The notes: generated by a model not told the origin, from the sequence alone. Shown: positions 51,053 through 61,012, counted from the stretch's first letter. The stretch: 64,000 nt of DNA from an uncultured Pseudomonadota bacterium (GCA_949286215.1 CASDYX010000001.1:8530-72529), one strand, 5' to 3'. Translations and numbers: made by a program.

Positions 51053-51077
51053 CAATAGGGGCTGTTTGCCCCTATTG
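51053..51077. terminator. hairpin downstream of the oxidoreductase gene (weak U-tract)
   Basis: 10-bp stem caataggggc/gcccctattg with a tgttt loop. The flanks are only moderately U-rich. Confidence 0.35.
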
Positions 51078-51106
51078 ATAACTTAATTTTAGAGATTAAT
51101 CAAGAA

Positions 51107-52126
51107 TTACTCTGCGGCGGCTAATTCAAGATTACCTTCTTTCTTCAGGAGGCCTAGTTTATCTTGTACTTCCCAGATTACTTTCAGGGCATCTAAGGCC
51201 ATTTCGCCGGTAATACGCGGAGTTGCTTCTCCTCTGATGCAAGCACCAAAGTGGCTCAACTCAGCTGACAGAGGTTGATTGGTCGGGATGAAGAGTTGTT
51301 CAACACTGCCTTTTAAGCCATAGTGCATCCATTCCGGAATTTCTTCTTGATTAACATAAGGCATACGTCCTTGAGAGTGAACGTTAATGCTTTGATTGAT
51401 GAAGTCCATATCAATATAGTTGGTATCGGTTGTAACAGTGAGCGTACGAACGCGAGCTTGTGTAATGCGGCTGGCGGTTAAGTTGGCTGTAACGCCGTTT
51501 TCAAACTCAATCAAAGCGGTGATGTAGTTCTTACCATCCGGTTGGTCAGATGTTCTGACTGCAGAGGCTTGAACTTTGGCAACAGGTGATTTTACCAAAG
51601 ATTGAACAACTTCAATATCGTGAATCATCAAGTCCATTGATACGTCAACATCGGTAATACGACCTGAAGCGGCAGACATTCTTTGTGCAGTGAGAGAACG
51701 AATCCGGGAACTGTCAGATAAAATTTTGTGCATTTGTTCTACTGCCGGATTGAATTGTTCAATATGACCAACCAAAAGGGTTACGTTGTTTTTCTTGGCA
51801 GCGTCAATCAAAATTTGGCATTCTTCTTCAGAACAAGCCAAAGGTTTTTCCATTAAGCAGTGAATACCGCGGTTTAAGAAAAATTGTCCAACGTTGCAGT
51901 GGGTAACTGATGTGGTAACAACGCTGACGGCATCAACGTTGGCTGCAACTTCTTCCATTGATGAAAATGCTTTAATTCCAAATGTTTCGGCTGCGGCTTT
52001 GGCGGCATCTGAAAAAATATCATAAACGCCGACTAATTCAAAACCCGGTAAACTTTTATATGTTTTAAGGTGGTTTTTACCCATCATTCCGGCACCAATA
52101 ACCGCAACTCTAATGTTCTTTGACAT
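51107..52126 (-). CDS. Gfo/Idh/MocA-family NAD(P)-dependent oxidoreductase
   Basis: N-terminal Rossmann motif VAVIGAGMMGKNH. 339 aa. Confidence 0.75.
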   Translation of the reverse strand: MSKNIRVAVIGAGMMGKNHLKTYKSLPGFELVGVYDIFSDAAKAAAETFGIKAFSSMEEVAANVDAVSVVTTSVTHCNVGQFFLNRGIHCLMEKPLACSEEECQILIDAAKKNNVTLLVGHIEQFNPAVEQMHKILSDSSRIRSLTAQRMSAASGRITDVDVSMDLMIHDIEVVQSLVKSPVAKVQASAVRTSDQPDGKNYITALIEFENGVTANLTASRITQARVRTLTVTTDTNYIDMDFINQSINVHSQGRMPYVNQEEIPEWMHYGLKGSVEQLFIPTNQPLSAELSHFGACIRGEATPRITGEMALDALKVIWEVQDKLGLLKKEGNLELAAAE

Positions 52127-52263
52127 GAATTTTTCCTCTAAAGTTAAGTTTATGCATAAATTATTTAGTTTACTAATAACAAATTTCTTGATAAAAAGCT
52201 CTTAAAAAGATGTTACATATTGTTACAATCTTGGTAATAATAGTTGAAATGGCTTTTTGAGAG

Positions 52264-54051
52264 TTGCTGATGATGAAAATAAGTGTGTGGAGCTTGGTCG
52301 GAGTATTAGGAATTGCTTGCTTAAGCGCTTGCTCTTCGGCTCCTGATGCAAATAAATCCGAACCTGTGATTGATAAAGCTGATTTGTCGATTAAGCCTGA
52401 AAAAATTACAGGTAAAACAGATGTCTATGACTCAATGGCCAGAAGTGTTAAATATAACATTAACGTGACTTATCCGGCGTTGAAAGAAAAAGTTTTCTTT
52501 CATCAAGCTGAGAATCCGAGACAAGTTATTAATTCTATTCTTAAAATGAAAGATCCGTCTCAAAATCCGATGTATGATTCTTTGAGAGCTTTGGATTTTT
52601 CAATTGCCTATGCCTTGGCTAATGTGAGTGATGATGAGGCTTTTGTGAGCGAAGGCTTAAAGGCAAAATCTGCTCAATCTTTGGCTCTGGCAGCAATCAA
52701 GGCGCATAAAGATGCTCTCTTGGCCTCTAAAAAAATTAAGGAAATTGACCGCCAAATAAGAAGATTGCAAAGCGATATTAAAATTCTTAACGATAAACAG
52801 GATAGAATCGGTGTGTTGAACTCCGAAGATGAGGCTTATAAAAAAGGCTTGGAAGTTGTTATCTATAAACTCTCTGAAATTAGAAAGAATTTGGAAGAGA
52901 GTTTAATTGTTTATCGTCAGCTCGTTAAAAGTGATGAGAAAAAAATTGATTTGGAAGGGCGGAATTTTTATGAGCTCGATCATTTAGATGCTAAACTTAG
53001 TGTCGAAGATTTTAGAAAAGCTGCTTTCAATAATCGTCTGGAATTTAGAATTCAGAAAGAGTTGAGCAAGAAATATTCTTATGAGCAGGTCAGCCAGATT
53101 TTGCGTAGTGAATATCCGCAAGTGGAACGTTTGGAAATTAACGGTTATGACGCCGAAAAGCCTATGTATATTAAAGAATTGCAACAACGTGCCGATTTTC
53201 AGGCAAACTATTTAGCGGACAAAGTTTGGCAATATAAAAATGCTCCAAATGCTAGCTCTAAAAAGCTCTTAAGACTTCAGGCTTTTGAGGAAATGGCTGC
53301 GGCAATTATGACGCAAAATGAAGTGGCGTATAATATTGTGATGCGGGCAGATATTGATTATGAAGAAATTACAAAGCAAATAGATACATTAAAGAAAAAT
53401 ATCGCTCAAAGTGCTAAAAAAAGAGGGTTAACAAGTACGCAAAAAGTTGATTTGTGGGAACAAAAAATTTCATTGCTGAATATGGAGTTGCAAGCAAGCC
53501 AGATTTTGGCTGAAAAAGCCGTGGCTATTCGAGCAATGTATTTTTATGCCGGTTTTAATCCCTTTAATGCCAAACTTTATGATGGTAAAATTAAAGATAT
53601 CAGCTCCAATTTGAAGGTCGGTTTTAATAAAGACGCAGTGGAAATGCTCTCTAAAGTTCAAATGCCTCAGACGCCTGTTAGGATAGAAGATAATAATTGG
53701 GCCAAAAAAGAAAATTGGTTGGAAGAATTATTAGAAAATCCAAATCCAAAAGCTGAAAAGCCAATTACTCTTGCTCAACCAAAGGGTGATTTTGAGCCTT
53801 ATAGGGGTGAAGAATTTAATAAACGGACAATCATGCAACTAGGGTCTTATCGCTATAAAGAAAACGCCGATTTGGATTGGAAGATGCTTAAAGAACTTTA
53901 TCCTGATTTGAGAAAATACAGTCCTGTTGTTGAGCGGGCAAATGTTCGCGGAAAGCCAATGTATCGCCTGATTATTCAACAAGAAAATGGTGGCTTTATG
54001 GAAATGTGTAATAAGCTCAGAGCTGATAAGGTTGGCTGTTTGTTGCGCTAG
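52264..54051 (+). CDS. coiled-coil lipoprotein with a C-terminal SPOR (peptidoglycan-binding) domain
   Basis: Lipobox LSAC. Long coiled-coil region. C-terminal about 75 aa look SPOR-like (MQLGSYRYKENADLDWKML...YRLII). Confidence 0.6.
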   Translation: MLMMKISVWSLVGVLGIACLSACSSAPDANKSEPVIDKADLSIKPEKITGKTDVYDSMARSVKYNINVTYPALKEKVFFHQAENPRQVINSILKMKDPSQNPMYDSLRALDFSIAYALANVSDDEAFVSEGLKAKSAQSLALAAIKAHKDALLASKKIKEIDRQIRRLQSDIKILNDKQDRIGVLNSEDEAYKKGLEVVIYKLSEIRKNLEESLIVYRQLVKSDEKKIDLEGRNFYELDHLDAKLSVEDFRKAAFNNRLEFRIQKELSKKYSYEQVSQILRSEYPQVERLEINGYDAEKPMYIKELQQRADFQANYLADKVWQYKNAPNASSKKLLRLQAFEEMAAAIMTQNEVAYNIVMRADIDYEEITKQIDTLKKNIAQSAKKRGLTSTQKVDLWEQKISLLNMELQASQILAEKAVAIRAMYFYAGFNPFNAKLYDGKIKDISSNLKVGFNKDAVEMLSKVQMPQTPVRIEDNNWAKKENWLEELLENPNPKAEKPITLAQPKGDFEPYRGEEFNKRTIMQLGSYRYKENADLDWKMLKELYPDLRKYSPVVERANVRGKPMYRLIIQQENGGFMEMCNKLRADKVGCLLR

Positions 54052-54106
54052 GTAATTTTTGTTTGTAAAAACTTGTGAGATAAGTTAAAATGTTTTTTAG
54101 TCTGTT

Positions 54107-55357
54107 TTGCGGAGCTTGGTAAAATTAATGACTGAAAAAGACAATATCAATTCGCAGTCTGCTCTTTCTTCAGATAATCACAAAAAGGCTGAAGAACTGC
54201 GTAAAAAAAAGGAAACGTATCTTAGTGGTGAAGAAAATGCCGAATTTTCTTGGCATGCCGTTGCGCAAACAAATACTGAAGCTCCTCATGATTTAGATAA
54301 CTTTATGTCAAACAGAATTGAGTTTGGTGGCAAAAATCTCGAAAACGGAAAATTTGCTCACGAAAATTTTGAAAACGCTAATTTTTCGGTTGCCAACCTC
54401 AAAGGAGTGGATTTTTCGGGGGCTAATCTCAAAGGTGTTGATTTTTCCGGTGCAGATTTAAGTGATGCTAATTTATCGGGTGCAGATTTGACCGGTGCTG
54501 TCTTATCAAATTCTGTCTTAAAAAATACCAATTTTACCGGTGCAATCTTAAACGGGGTTGTACTGACCGATGCTGACCTTGATAATGCTATTTTGCTTGA
54601 TATTCGAATCGATGAAATCGGTTTGGAAGATTTACAGGCTCTGGTGGAGTATTTGGCAAAATATGCTCCGCATAAGTTAAATTTGGCAAAGATGAATTTA
54701 ACTATGCTGAATTTGGCCAAAATCGATTTGAAAAATGTTAATTTGCGTGGTGTTGATTTTACCGGTTGCGATTTTACCGGCGTTAATATTATGGAATTGG
54801 ATTTAAGTGAATGTATCATTACGCCGGCGCAAATTGCTCAAGCCTTGGGACGAGTTCCTAATGCCGAAGAGCTTAAGCGCTTGATGGCTCCAAAGCCCAA
54901 AAATAAAGGAAAACAGCGTGAAGGGTTTGATGTCTCTAGTTTCTTTTTGGATGATGGAAGAGAAGTTGGCGTTTGGGATACCTTGAAAAATAAAGGCATA
55001 TCAACACAAAAATTGGTAGATATGGTTAAAGCCGGACACAAGGTTTATCGACGCGTTGTGAAGCGTCCAGAAGGAAACAAAGAAGCTGAAAAGGTAAAGG
55101 CGGAAAAAGAGAACCAAATTTCATCTTCTACCGAAGAATTGCATCAAGTTTTGGAAGATAATAAAAGAGCTCTCATTGAAAAACACAAACAGGAAGAGCT
55201 TGAAGCCAGACGGCAGAAAAAATTGGAATTAGAAATGGCGTTAGCTCAAAGTAAGGAAGAAGAAAAAGCTCCTGAACCTAAAGAAGTTGAAAAACAAAAC
55301 ATCAATCCGATGGTGGCCGAGCGGATGAGCGCTTTAAAAAATCGTTCCAGGGATTAG
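54107..55357 (+). CDS. pentapeptide-repeat protein with a K/E-rich coiled-coil C-terminus
   Basis: At least 15 consecutive A(D/N)LxG/x pentapeptide repeats (ANLKGVDFSGANLKGVDFSGADLSDANLSGADLTGAVLS...). C-terminal charged helix. Confidence 0.7.
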   Translation: MRSLVKLMTEKDNINSQSALSSDNHKKAEELRKKKETYLSGEENAEFSWHAVAQTNTEAPHDLDNFMSNRIEFGGKNLENGKFAHENFENANFSVANLKGVDFSGANLKGVDFSGADLSDANLSGADLTGAVLSNSVLKNTNFTGAILNGVVLTDADLDNAILLDIRIDEIGLEDLQALVEYLAKYAPHKLNLAKMNLTMLNLAKIDLKNVNLRGVDFTGCDFTGVNIMELDLSECIITPAQIAQALGRVPNAEELKRLMAPKPKNKGKQREGFDVSSFFLDDGREVGVWDTLKNKGISTQKLVDMVKAGHKVYRRVVKRPEGNKEAEKVKAEKENQISSSTEELHQVLEDNKRALIEKHKQEELEARRQKKLELEMALAQSKEEEKAPEPKEVEKQNINPMVAERMSALKNRSRD

Positions 55358-55366
55358 GCTTTAATA

Positions 55367-57703
55367 ATGAAAGGAAAACTTTATCTAGAACAAGAAAACG
55401 GGATTGGTAAAACACTTTGCCTCATCTTGTTTGCTTTGTTTTTGGCCCTTGTGTTGCTTGTTTTTTCCGGAATGTTTTTTTTGAGCTTGGCCTATTTTAT
55501 TAAGTTTGGTTTTACGGAACATTCGTTGGATAAGATTTATGGATTTTGGGGGGATTTTTTCTCAAATCCTCTTATTCTTTATAAATCTTATTATAAATAT
55601 TTTGCGAATTTTAAATTCTCGTTAGTTGGTGTTGTGCCCTTGTTCGGGCCTTTGTTGGTTATTGGTGTGACAATTTGGGCTTATTTGAAAACACCTAATT
55701 CTTTTCGTTTGTGGTATCGGCTCAAACAACATTTTGCAAAACCTCAAGATGTGGAAAAAATGCATATTTTAGATGGGTGTTTTGGGGTCTTGGGGCGGTA
55801 TCATAATCAGCTGATAAGGCCAGAAAATCCAATGTCAACCTTTGTGTGGGGCGGTGAAGGTTTAGGAAAAAGCAGTTGCGTTTCTTTGCCGACGGCGTTG
55901 GATTCAGATGAGGCTTGTTTGGCGGTGATGGATAGCAGCGGGGCTTTGGCAAAATATTCCAGCGGTTATCGCTCTAAGTTGGGAGATGTTTTTTACTTTA
56001 ACTGGGCGCTGACCGATGTGCCTGAAAAAGGTGAATATTGGCCAAGGTGGAATCCGGTTTCATCGTTAGAAATGCCGGAAAGAGGCGAAAATAGAGTAAC
56101 TTATATTAAGACTTTGGTGCAATGCTTGTTTCCTGATGAAAAAAGAAATTATTGGGAAGTTAGTTCTCAGACGGCAATGGAGGGGTTGCTTTTGTTCTTT
56201 GCCTCTAAAATAGAACAAGCTATGGCTAATGATTATTTTTTGAGTGAATTGCTGGAAAAAGGAAAAATTGCAAAAGCTGACAGAGAACTTTTGGAAAGCT
56301 ATTATTTGTGTATGAAACCTGATGTGGCAGAGGAAGCGCTTAAAAATCTGCATGACGGAACTTTGAATGTAGATAATTATTTGCCAATCGGAAGCTGGGA
56401 AAATGTGCCCGAACTTTGGAGAGGCAAGGAATTTTGTTTACCGATGTTTGCTGATTGTTTGATGTTGCGCTATTTTGCAATTACTCAAGAAGATCAAGAA
56501 AAAGCGGCTGTCGGCGGGTTTAAAATTATGCTCGGCGAGTTTATTAAAGAAGCGCGCCTGTTTGGTTATGATACAAGAGCCGTGCAAATTATGCAGCAAC
56601 TCTATTATTTGACTCGTCGGCAGAGACGAATTATTTTTACGATGATGCTGTCCCCTTTAATGGTTTTTCGTAAAAGTAATATTAGAGAAAGAACCTCTTT
56701 AAGCGATTTTACATTAGCACAAATGCGAGGTACTCGTCATGATGAACAGTGGCGAGTGACGACGGTTTACAGTGTGGCAGATGCCGTTAAATCATCAGCA
56801 GTTATGAGCCGTTTTTTATTTGATATGCTTATTGCTCATCATACTAAGCACAAGAAAAGCGAAGGGCATTTTCCAATTTGTTTTGTGTTAGACGACTTTG
56901 AGAGACTACCAAAACTTTCAATGTTGACAGAAGGACTAACCAAAGCCAAAAGTGCGCATTTGTCCTTTATGATGTTAACTGATGGATTGCACATGGTGGA
57001 GAAACGCTATGGCGTGGAAGAATTGGAAGATATCATCAGTAATAGCTCAATAAAATTAATGATGGCGGATAATGCCAAAAGAATGAGTGAGCATTTTAAT
57101 AAATTAGCTGTTTTTGGCACAAAATCCGTACAAATTCCGGCGGTGGATGCCGGAGGCTTTTCTTTGGTTAAAAAAGGATTGGCTGATGCAAATTATTATC
57201 GTCGGATTGCAAAAGATTTGATGCATCATCCACGCTCGGTTAAGTTTGATAAAGAGCATTATTTGTTATTAGTGGAAGGTTTTTATCATTTACCGGTGAA
57301 TATTCGTGCCGCTAATTTTTTGCGCGATGATAAACTTAGAAGCAGAGCTGCTTGCAGTGTTGGGTATATGCTTAAGCAAGAAATTGTGGAACAGAGAAAT
57401 TTGCAAGATGTTGAAGTGCCTGATTTGCTCGATGTGGTTAGAAAAAGCGGTATTAATGTTGAAACGGAAGATGATATAGATGCTTATCTGGAAGATAAGT
57501 ATGATGAAGTGGCAGAAGTGTTGGATTCTGATTCAGATATTCAGACCGTGTGGGCAGAAGAAGTTTCTTCTCGGTGGAATTATACAACAGATAAAAATCA
57601 AGAGGATGAAAATTTACGTCAGAAAAATGATGATTGGTGGATGGATGAAGATGCCTTTAAGCTCAAAGAGCAAACCAATATGAATCCCTTTAAAAATAAC
57701 TGA
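55367..57703 (+). CDS. divergent type IV coupling protein (VirD4/TraG/TrwB-family ATPase), orphan
   Basis: N-terminal TM helices. Walker A GGEGLGKSS, then the PT..DSDEACLAVMDSSG...FYFNW...RWNPV block that mirrors the VirD4 layout. Walker B FVLDDFERLPKL. Acidic C-terminal tail. Confidence 0.65.
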   Translation: MKGKLYLEQENGIGKTLCLILFALFLALVLLVFSGMFFLSLAYFIKFGFTEHSLDKIYGFWGDFFSNPLILYKSYYKYFANFKFSLVGVVPLFGPLLVIGVTIWAYLKTPNSFRLWYRLKQHFAKPQDVEKMHILDGCFGVLGRYHNQLIRPENPMSTFVWGGEGLGKSSCVSLPTALDSDEACLAVMDSSGALAKYSSGYRSKLGDVFYFNWALTDVPEKGEYWPRWNPVSSLEMPERGENRVTYIKTLVQCLFPDEKRNYWEVSSQTAMEGLLLFFASKIEQAMANDYFLSELLEKGKIAKADRELLESYYLCMKPDVAEEALKNLHDGTLNVDNYLPIGSWENVPELWRGKEFCLPMFADCLMLRYFAITQEDQEKAAVGGFKIMLGEFIKEARLFGYDTRAVQIMQQLYYLTRRQRRIIFTMMLSPLMVFRKSNIRERTSLSDFTLAQMRGTRHDEQWRVTTVYSVADAVKSSAVMSRFLFDMLIAHHTKHKKSEGHFPICFVLDDFERLPKLSMLTEGLTKAKSAHLSFMMLTDGLHMVEKRYGVEELEDIISNSSIKLMMADNAKRMSEHFNKLAVFGTKSVQIPAVDAGGFSLVKKGLADANYYRRIAKDLMHHPRSVKFDKEHYLLLVEGFYHLPVNIRAANFLRDDKLRSRAACSVGYMLKQEIVEQRNLQDVEVPDLLDVVRKSGINVETEDDIDAYLEDKYDEVAEVLDSDSDIQTVWAEEVSSRWNYTTDKNQEDENLRQKNDDWWMDEDAFKLKEQTNMNPFKNN

Positions 57704-57768
57704 TTTTCAGCTGGAATTTGGCATAAATTCTGCTATTATAAGCAAAAATTCAAACGAATCGATGTGAT

Positions 57769-59088
57769 ATGGAAGAAACGCTTTTTTCAAATAAGGTTAA
57801 GAGACCTTTGGCCGATAGGTTGCGCCCACAAACACTTAACGAAGTTGTGGGACAAGACCATTTGGTCGGTGATGACGCACCTTTGGGACGTATGCTCAAA
57901 AGCGGTAAAATTACATCGTTTATTTTATGGGGGCCTCCGGGGTGCGGGAAAACGACCATCGCTCGTTTGATTGCCGAACATACCAATCTGTATTTTGAAC
58001 AAATTTCGGCCGTGTTTTCGGGTGTGGCCGATTTGAAACGCGTGTTTCAATACGCTCAAGAACGCCGTGCAAATCAGGGCAAAGGGACGCTCTTGTTTGT
58101 GGATGAAATTCACAGATTTAACAAGTCGCAACAAGATGGTTTTTTGCCCTATGTGGAAGACGGAACGGTTATTTTGGTGGGTGCTACAACCGAAAATCCA
58201 TCATTTGAGCTGAATGCCGCTTTGTTGTCGAGATGTCAGGTCTTTGTGTTGAATCGGCTTAATGAAGATAATTTTGAGGAGTTGTTGCAACGAGCCGAAA
58301 GAGAAGTCGGACGGAAGCTTCCGGTGGATGAAGAAGCCAGACAGATTATGAAGTCAACTGCCGATGGTGACGGACGCTATATTTTGAACTTGGCGGAAAG
58401 TGTTTGGGCATACGCCAAAGAGGGCGAAATTTTTGATAAAGATTCAATTTTGAAAGTTATTCGCTCGCGGGCTCCGATTTATGACAAAGGGAGAGATGGG
58501 CATTATAACCTGATTTCGGCCGTGCATAAGTCTTTACGCGGTTCTGATGTTGATGCAGCTCTGTATTGGGCAGCGCGGATGTTGGAGGCCGGAGAAGATC
58601 CAAAATATTTATTGCGCCGCTTAACCCGTTTTGCGGTGGAAGATGTGTCTTTGGCAGAACCTAATGCCGTAACCCAAGCGATTGCTTGTTGGGAAACATA
58701 TGAGCGTTTGGGCTCACCGGAAGGTGATTTGGCAATTATGCAGTTGGTGGCTTATTTGGCAACGGCACCAAAGTCGGTCGGAGTTTATAAAGCCATGCAT
58801 AAAGCGCGCGAATTGGCTCGTAAGACCGGTTCTTTGATGCCTCCGAAAAATATCTTAAATGCGCCGACAAAATTGATGAAACAGCTTGGTTATAATGAAG
58901 GATATGAATATGACCCTGACTGCGAAGACGGCTTTTCTGGAGCTAATTATTTTCCGGACGGAATGAGCAGAGTTAAGCTCTATTTTCCGGTTGATAGAGG
59001 GTTTGAAAGAGAAATTAAAAAACGCGTGGACTATTTTGATAAGTTACGTATTGAAAAACAAGCACGCAAAAAACAACAAGGACAATAG
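57769..59088 (+). CDS. rarA: replication-associated recombination protein A (AAA+ ATPase RarA/MgsA)
   Basis: WGPPGCGKTT Walker A, LFVDEIHRFNK Walker B/sensor, C-terminal MgsA helical domains. 439 aa. Confidence 0.85.
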   Translation: MEETLFSNKVKRPLADRLRPQTLNEVVGQDHLVGDDAPLGRMLKSGKITSFILWGPPGCGKTTIARLIAEHTNLYFEQISAVFSGVADLKRVFQYAQERRANQGKGTLLFVDEIHRFNKSQQDGFLPYVEDGTVILVGATTENPSFELNAALLSRCQVFVLNRLNEDNFEELLQRAEREVGRKLPVDEEARQIMKSTADGDGRYILNLAESVWAYAKEGEIFDKDSILKVIRSRAPIYDKGRDGHYNLISAVHKSLRGSDVDAALYWAARMLEAGEDPKYLLRRLTRFAVEDVSLAEPNAVTQAIACWETYERLGSPEGDLAIMQLVAYLATAPKSVGVYKAMHKARELARKTGSLMPPKNILNAPTKLMKQLGYNEGYEYDPDCEDGFSGANYFPDGMSRVKLYFPVDRGFEREIKKRVDYFDKLRIEKQARKKQQGQ

Positions 59089-59090
59089 AA

Positions 59091-59450
59091 ATGGTTATTT
59101 TAGGCGTTTTTCTCGGTGGGGGAATCGGGTCAATTTTACGTTGGTTGGTTACATCTAAAATTTCATCACATTGGGGTGTGATGTTGACCAATATTATCGG
59201 GGCTTTGTTGATTGGAATGGCGTCGGAATATTTTTTGAGCAAAACGAATCTGCGTCCAGAGATTAGAAGTTTTATCATTACCGGTTTTTTGGGCGGATTT
59301 ACGACTTTTTCAACCTATATGTTGGATTTTAATAATTTGTTGGTAAGCCAAAAATGGTATGAAGCCGGAGCTTATTTGACTGGCTCAATTGTGGTCGGTT
59401 TCGGATTTTTGGTTATCGGTGCCAAAATGATGCGATTGTTTATTGCTTGA
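59091..59450 (+). CDS. crcB: fluoride channel CrcB/Fluc
   Basis: 119 aa, 4 TM. Conserved GxxGGxTTFSTY motif (GFLGGFTTFSTY). Confidence 0.8.
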   Translation: MVILGVFLGGGIGSILRWLVTSKISSHWGVMLTNIIGALLIGMASEYFLSKTNLRPEIRSFIITGFLGGFTTFSTYMLDFNNLLVSQKWYEAGAYLTGSIVVGFGFLVIGAKMMRLFIA

Positions 59451-59507
59451 TTTTTTTGTGTTTTTCTTTTATATGAAAAGTAATTTCATAATATTATTCT
59501 AAATTTA

Positions 59508-59966
59508 TTGCGTATGGAAAAAGATGTTTTAAAAGAAGAAAAGTCTTCTTATTTTGTGAGCCCCATCGGAATGGGACGAAAGGTCTTAACGGCTAGCTTT
59601 GCTTTGAAAAAAGGTGAGCCCCTCGAAGTCAGAGCCTACGGAGATTCTTCTTTTGAAGAAGGAGAAGAGGTCGTTAGCTCTTTGAAAGATTTTGCTTTGG
59701 CCTTAATTAATTCTTCGTCGAAGGATTTGGAGGAATTGGCACGCGTTTTGCGTGATGAGTATGGTATTGAGGCGGTGAAGATTAATAATTGCGGTTGCAG
59801 TTTTGAAATGAAAAGGTTTTTGGAACCGCTGTATAAATTAGAAAGAGTAGAGCTTCCTGTGCTTGAGCCGGTTTTTAAAAGTGCAAAAGAACAGAAGAAA
59901 AATTATTTCGTTCCCAAAAAAATCGGGAAAGAGCGGACCAAGTGTAACTATGGACGCCGGAAATGA
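59508..59966 (+). CDS. hypothetical protein
   Basis: 152 aa, basic C-terminus. No recognisable domain. Confidence 0.4.
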   Translation: MRMEKDVLKEEKSSYFVSPIGMGRKVLTASFALKKGEPLEVRAYGDSSFEEGEEVVSSLKDFALALINSSSKDLEELARVLRDEYGIEAVKINNCGCSFEMKRFLEPLYKLERVELPVLEPVFKSAKEQKKNYFVPKKIGKERTKCNYGRRK

Positions 59967-59976
59967 TTCTTTTTGC

Positions 59977-60018
59977 AAAATCGCTCTGAATTTTTATTCA
60001 GGGCGATTTGTGTTTTAA
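59977..60018 (+). terminator. hairpin terminator
   Basis: aatcgctctgaa / ttcagggcgatt 12-bp stem with 1 mismatch and a U-rich loop and tail. Confidence 0.55.
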
Positions 60019-60075
60019 ATTTGTAAATCTTTTAAGTTTATTTTACACTACAAGCAAATTAAAGAGGAAAGAAAA

Positions 60076-61008
60076 ATGTCGGGTGTAGAAATTAAAAAAG
60101 TTAAGTCAGAAGATGACGGAATGCGACTGAACAGATGGTTTTTGAAGTATTATCCGAATTTGACTTTAGGAAGATTGCAAAAACTCTTGCGTACCAAGCA
60201 AATCAAGGTCGATGGAAAAAGGGCTGAAGCAAGTTTGAAATTGGTGGCCGGAAGTGAAGTGCGCGTGCCGCCGATGGATGACCAAAACATAACGGAAAAC
60301 AAAGTTCAAGTTTCCGGAAGAGATGCGAAATATATTACCTCTTTGGTGATTTATAAAGATGATAACATAATTGTGTTAAACAAACCATCGGGTTTGGCCG
60401 TGCAGGGGGGAACTAATACCGATAGGCATGTGGATGGAATGCTTGATGCCCTGTGTTTTGAAAAATCAGAAAAGCCAAAGCTTGTGCATAGAATTGATAA
60501 AAACACGAGTGGAATTTTGGTGTTGGCAAGGAATCGGACTTGGGCCGATAAGTTAACTAAGGCTTTCAGAGAACATTTGCTGCCCAAAACATATTTGGCT
60601 TTGGTGTGCAATACACCTAAAAAAGAATCGGGTGAGATTAAAGCTAATTTGGAAAAAATCGGTGAAAAAAGTGTGGTGACCGATGAGGGAAAACCTGCAA
60701 TTACAAGTTTTAGAGTTTTAGATGAAGTGGGAAGTAAATTTGCTTTGGTGGAAGCTATGCCTTTGACAGGGCGGACACACCAAATCAGAGCGCATATGGA
60801 ATATATCGGTTGTCCGATTGTTGGAGATGATAAATATTTTGGCAGGGAAAAACGTCAGAAATTTAAGGATATTCAAGATAAACTTTATCTTCACGCATAC
60901 AAAATTGATTTATCTGCCATATATAATAAAAAATTGGTTATTAAGGCTGCTTTGCCGACGCATTTTGCCGAGGCGTTAAAAACTCTTGGTATTGAATTTA
61001 AGGGGTAA
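60076..61008 (+). CDS. rluC: RluA-family 23S rRNA pseudouridine synthase (RluC/RluD-like, with S4 domain)
   Basis: N-terminal S4 RNA-binding domain (RLNRWFLKYYPNLTLGRLQKLLR). Catalytic HRIDKNTSG motif. 310 aa. Confidence 0.8.
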   Translation: MSGVEIKKVKSEDDGMRLNRWFLKYYPNLTLGRLQKLLRTKQIKVDGKRAEASLKLVAGSEVRVPPMDDQNITENKVQVSGRDAKYITSLVIYKDDNIIVLNKPSGLAVQGGTNTDRHVDGMLDALCFEKSEKPKLVHRIDKNTSGILVLARNRTWADKLTKAFREHLLPKTYLALVCNTPKKESGEIKANLEKIGEKSVVTDEGKPAITSFRVLDEVGSKFALVEAMPLTGRTHQIRAHMEYIGCPIVGDDKYFGREKRQKFKDIQDKLYLHAYKIDLSAIYNKKLVIKAALPTHFAEALKTLGIEFKG

Positions 61009-61012
61009 GAGG

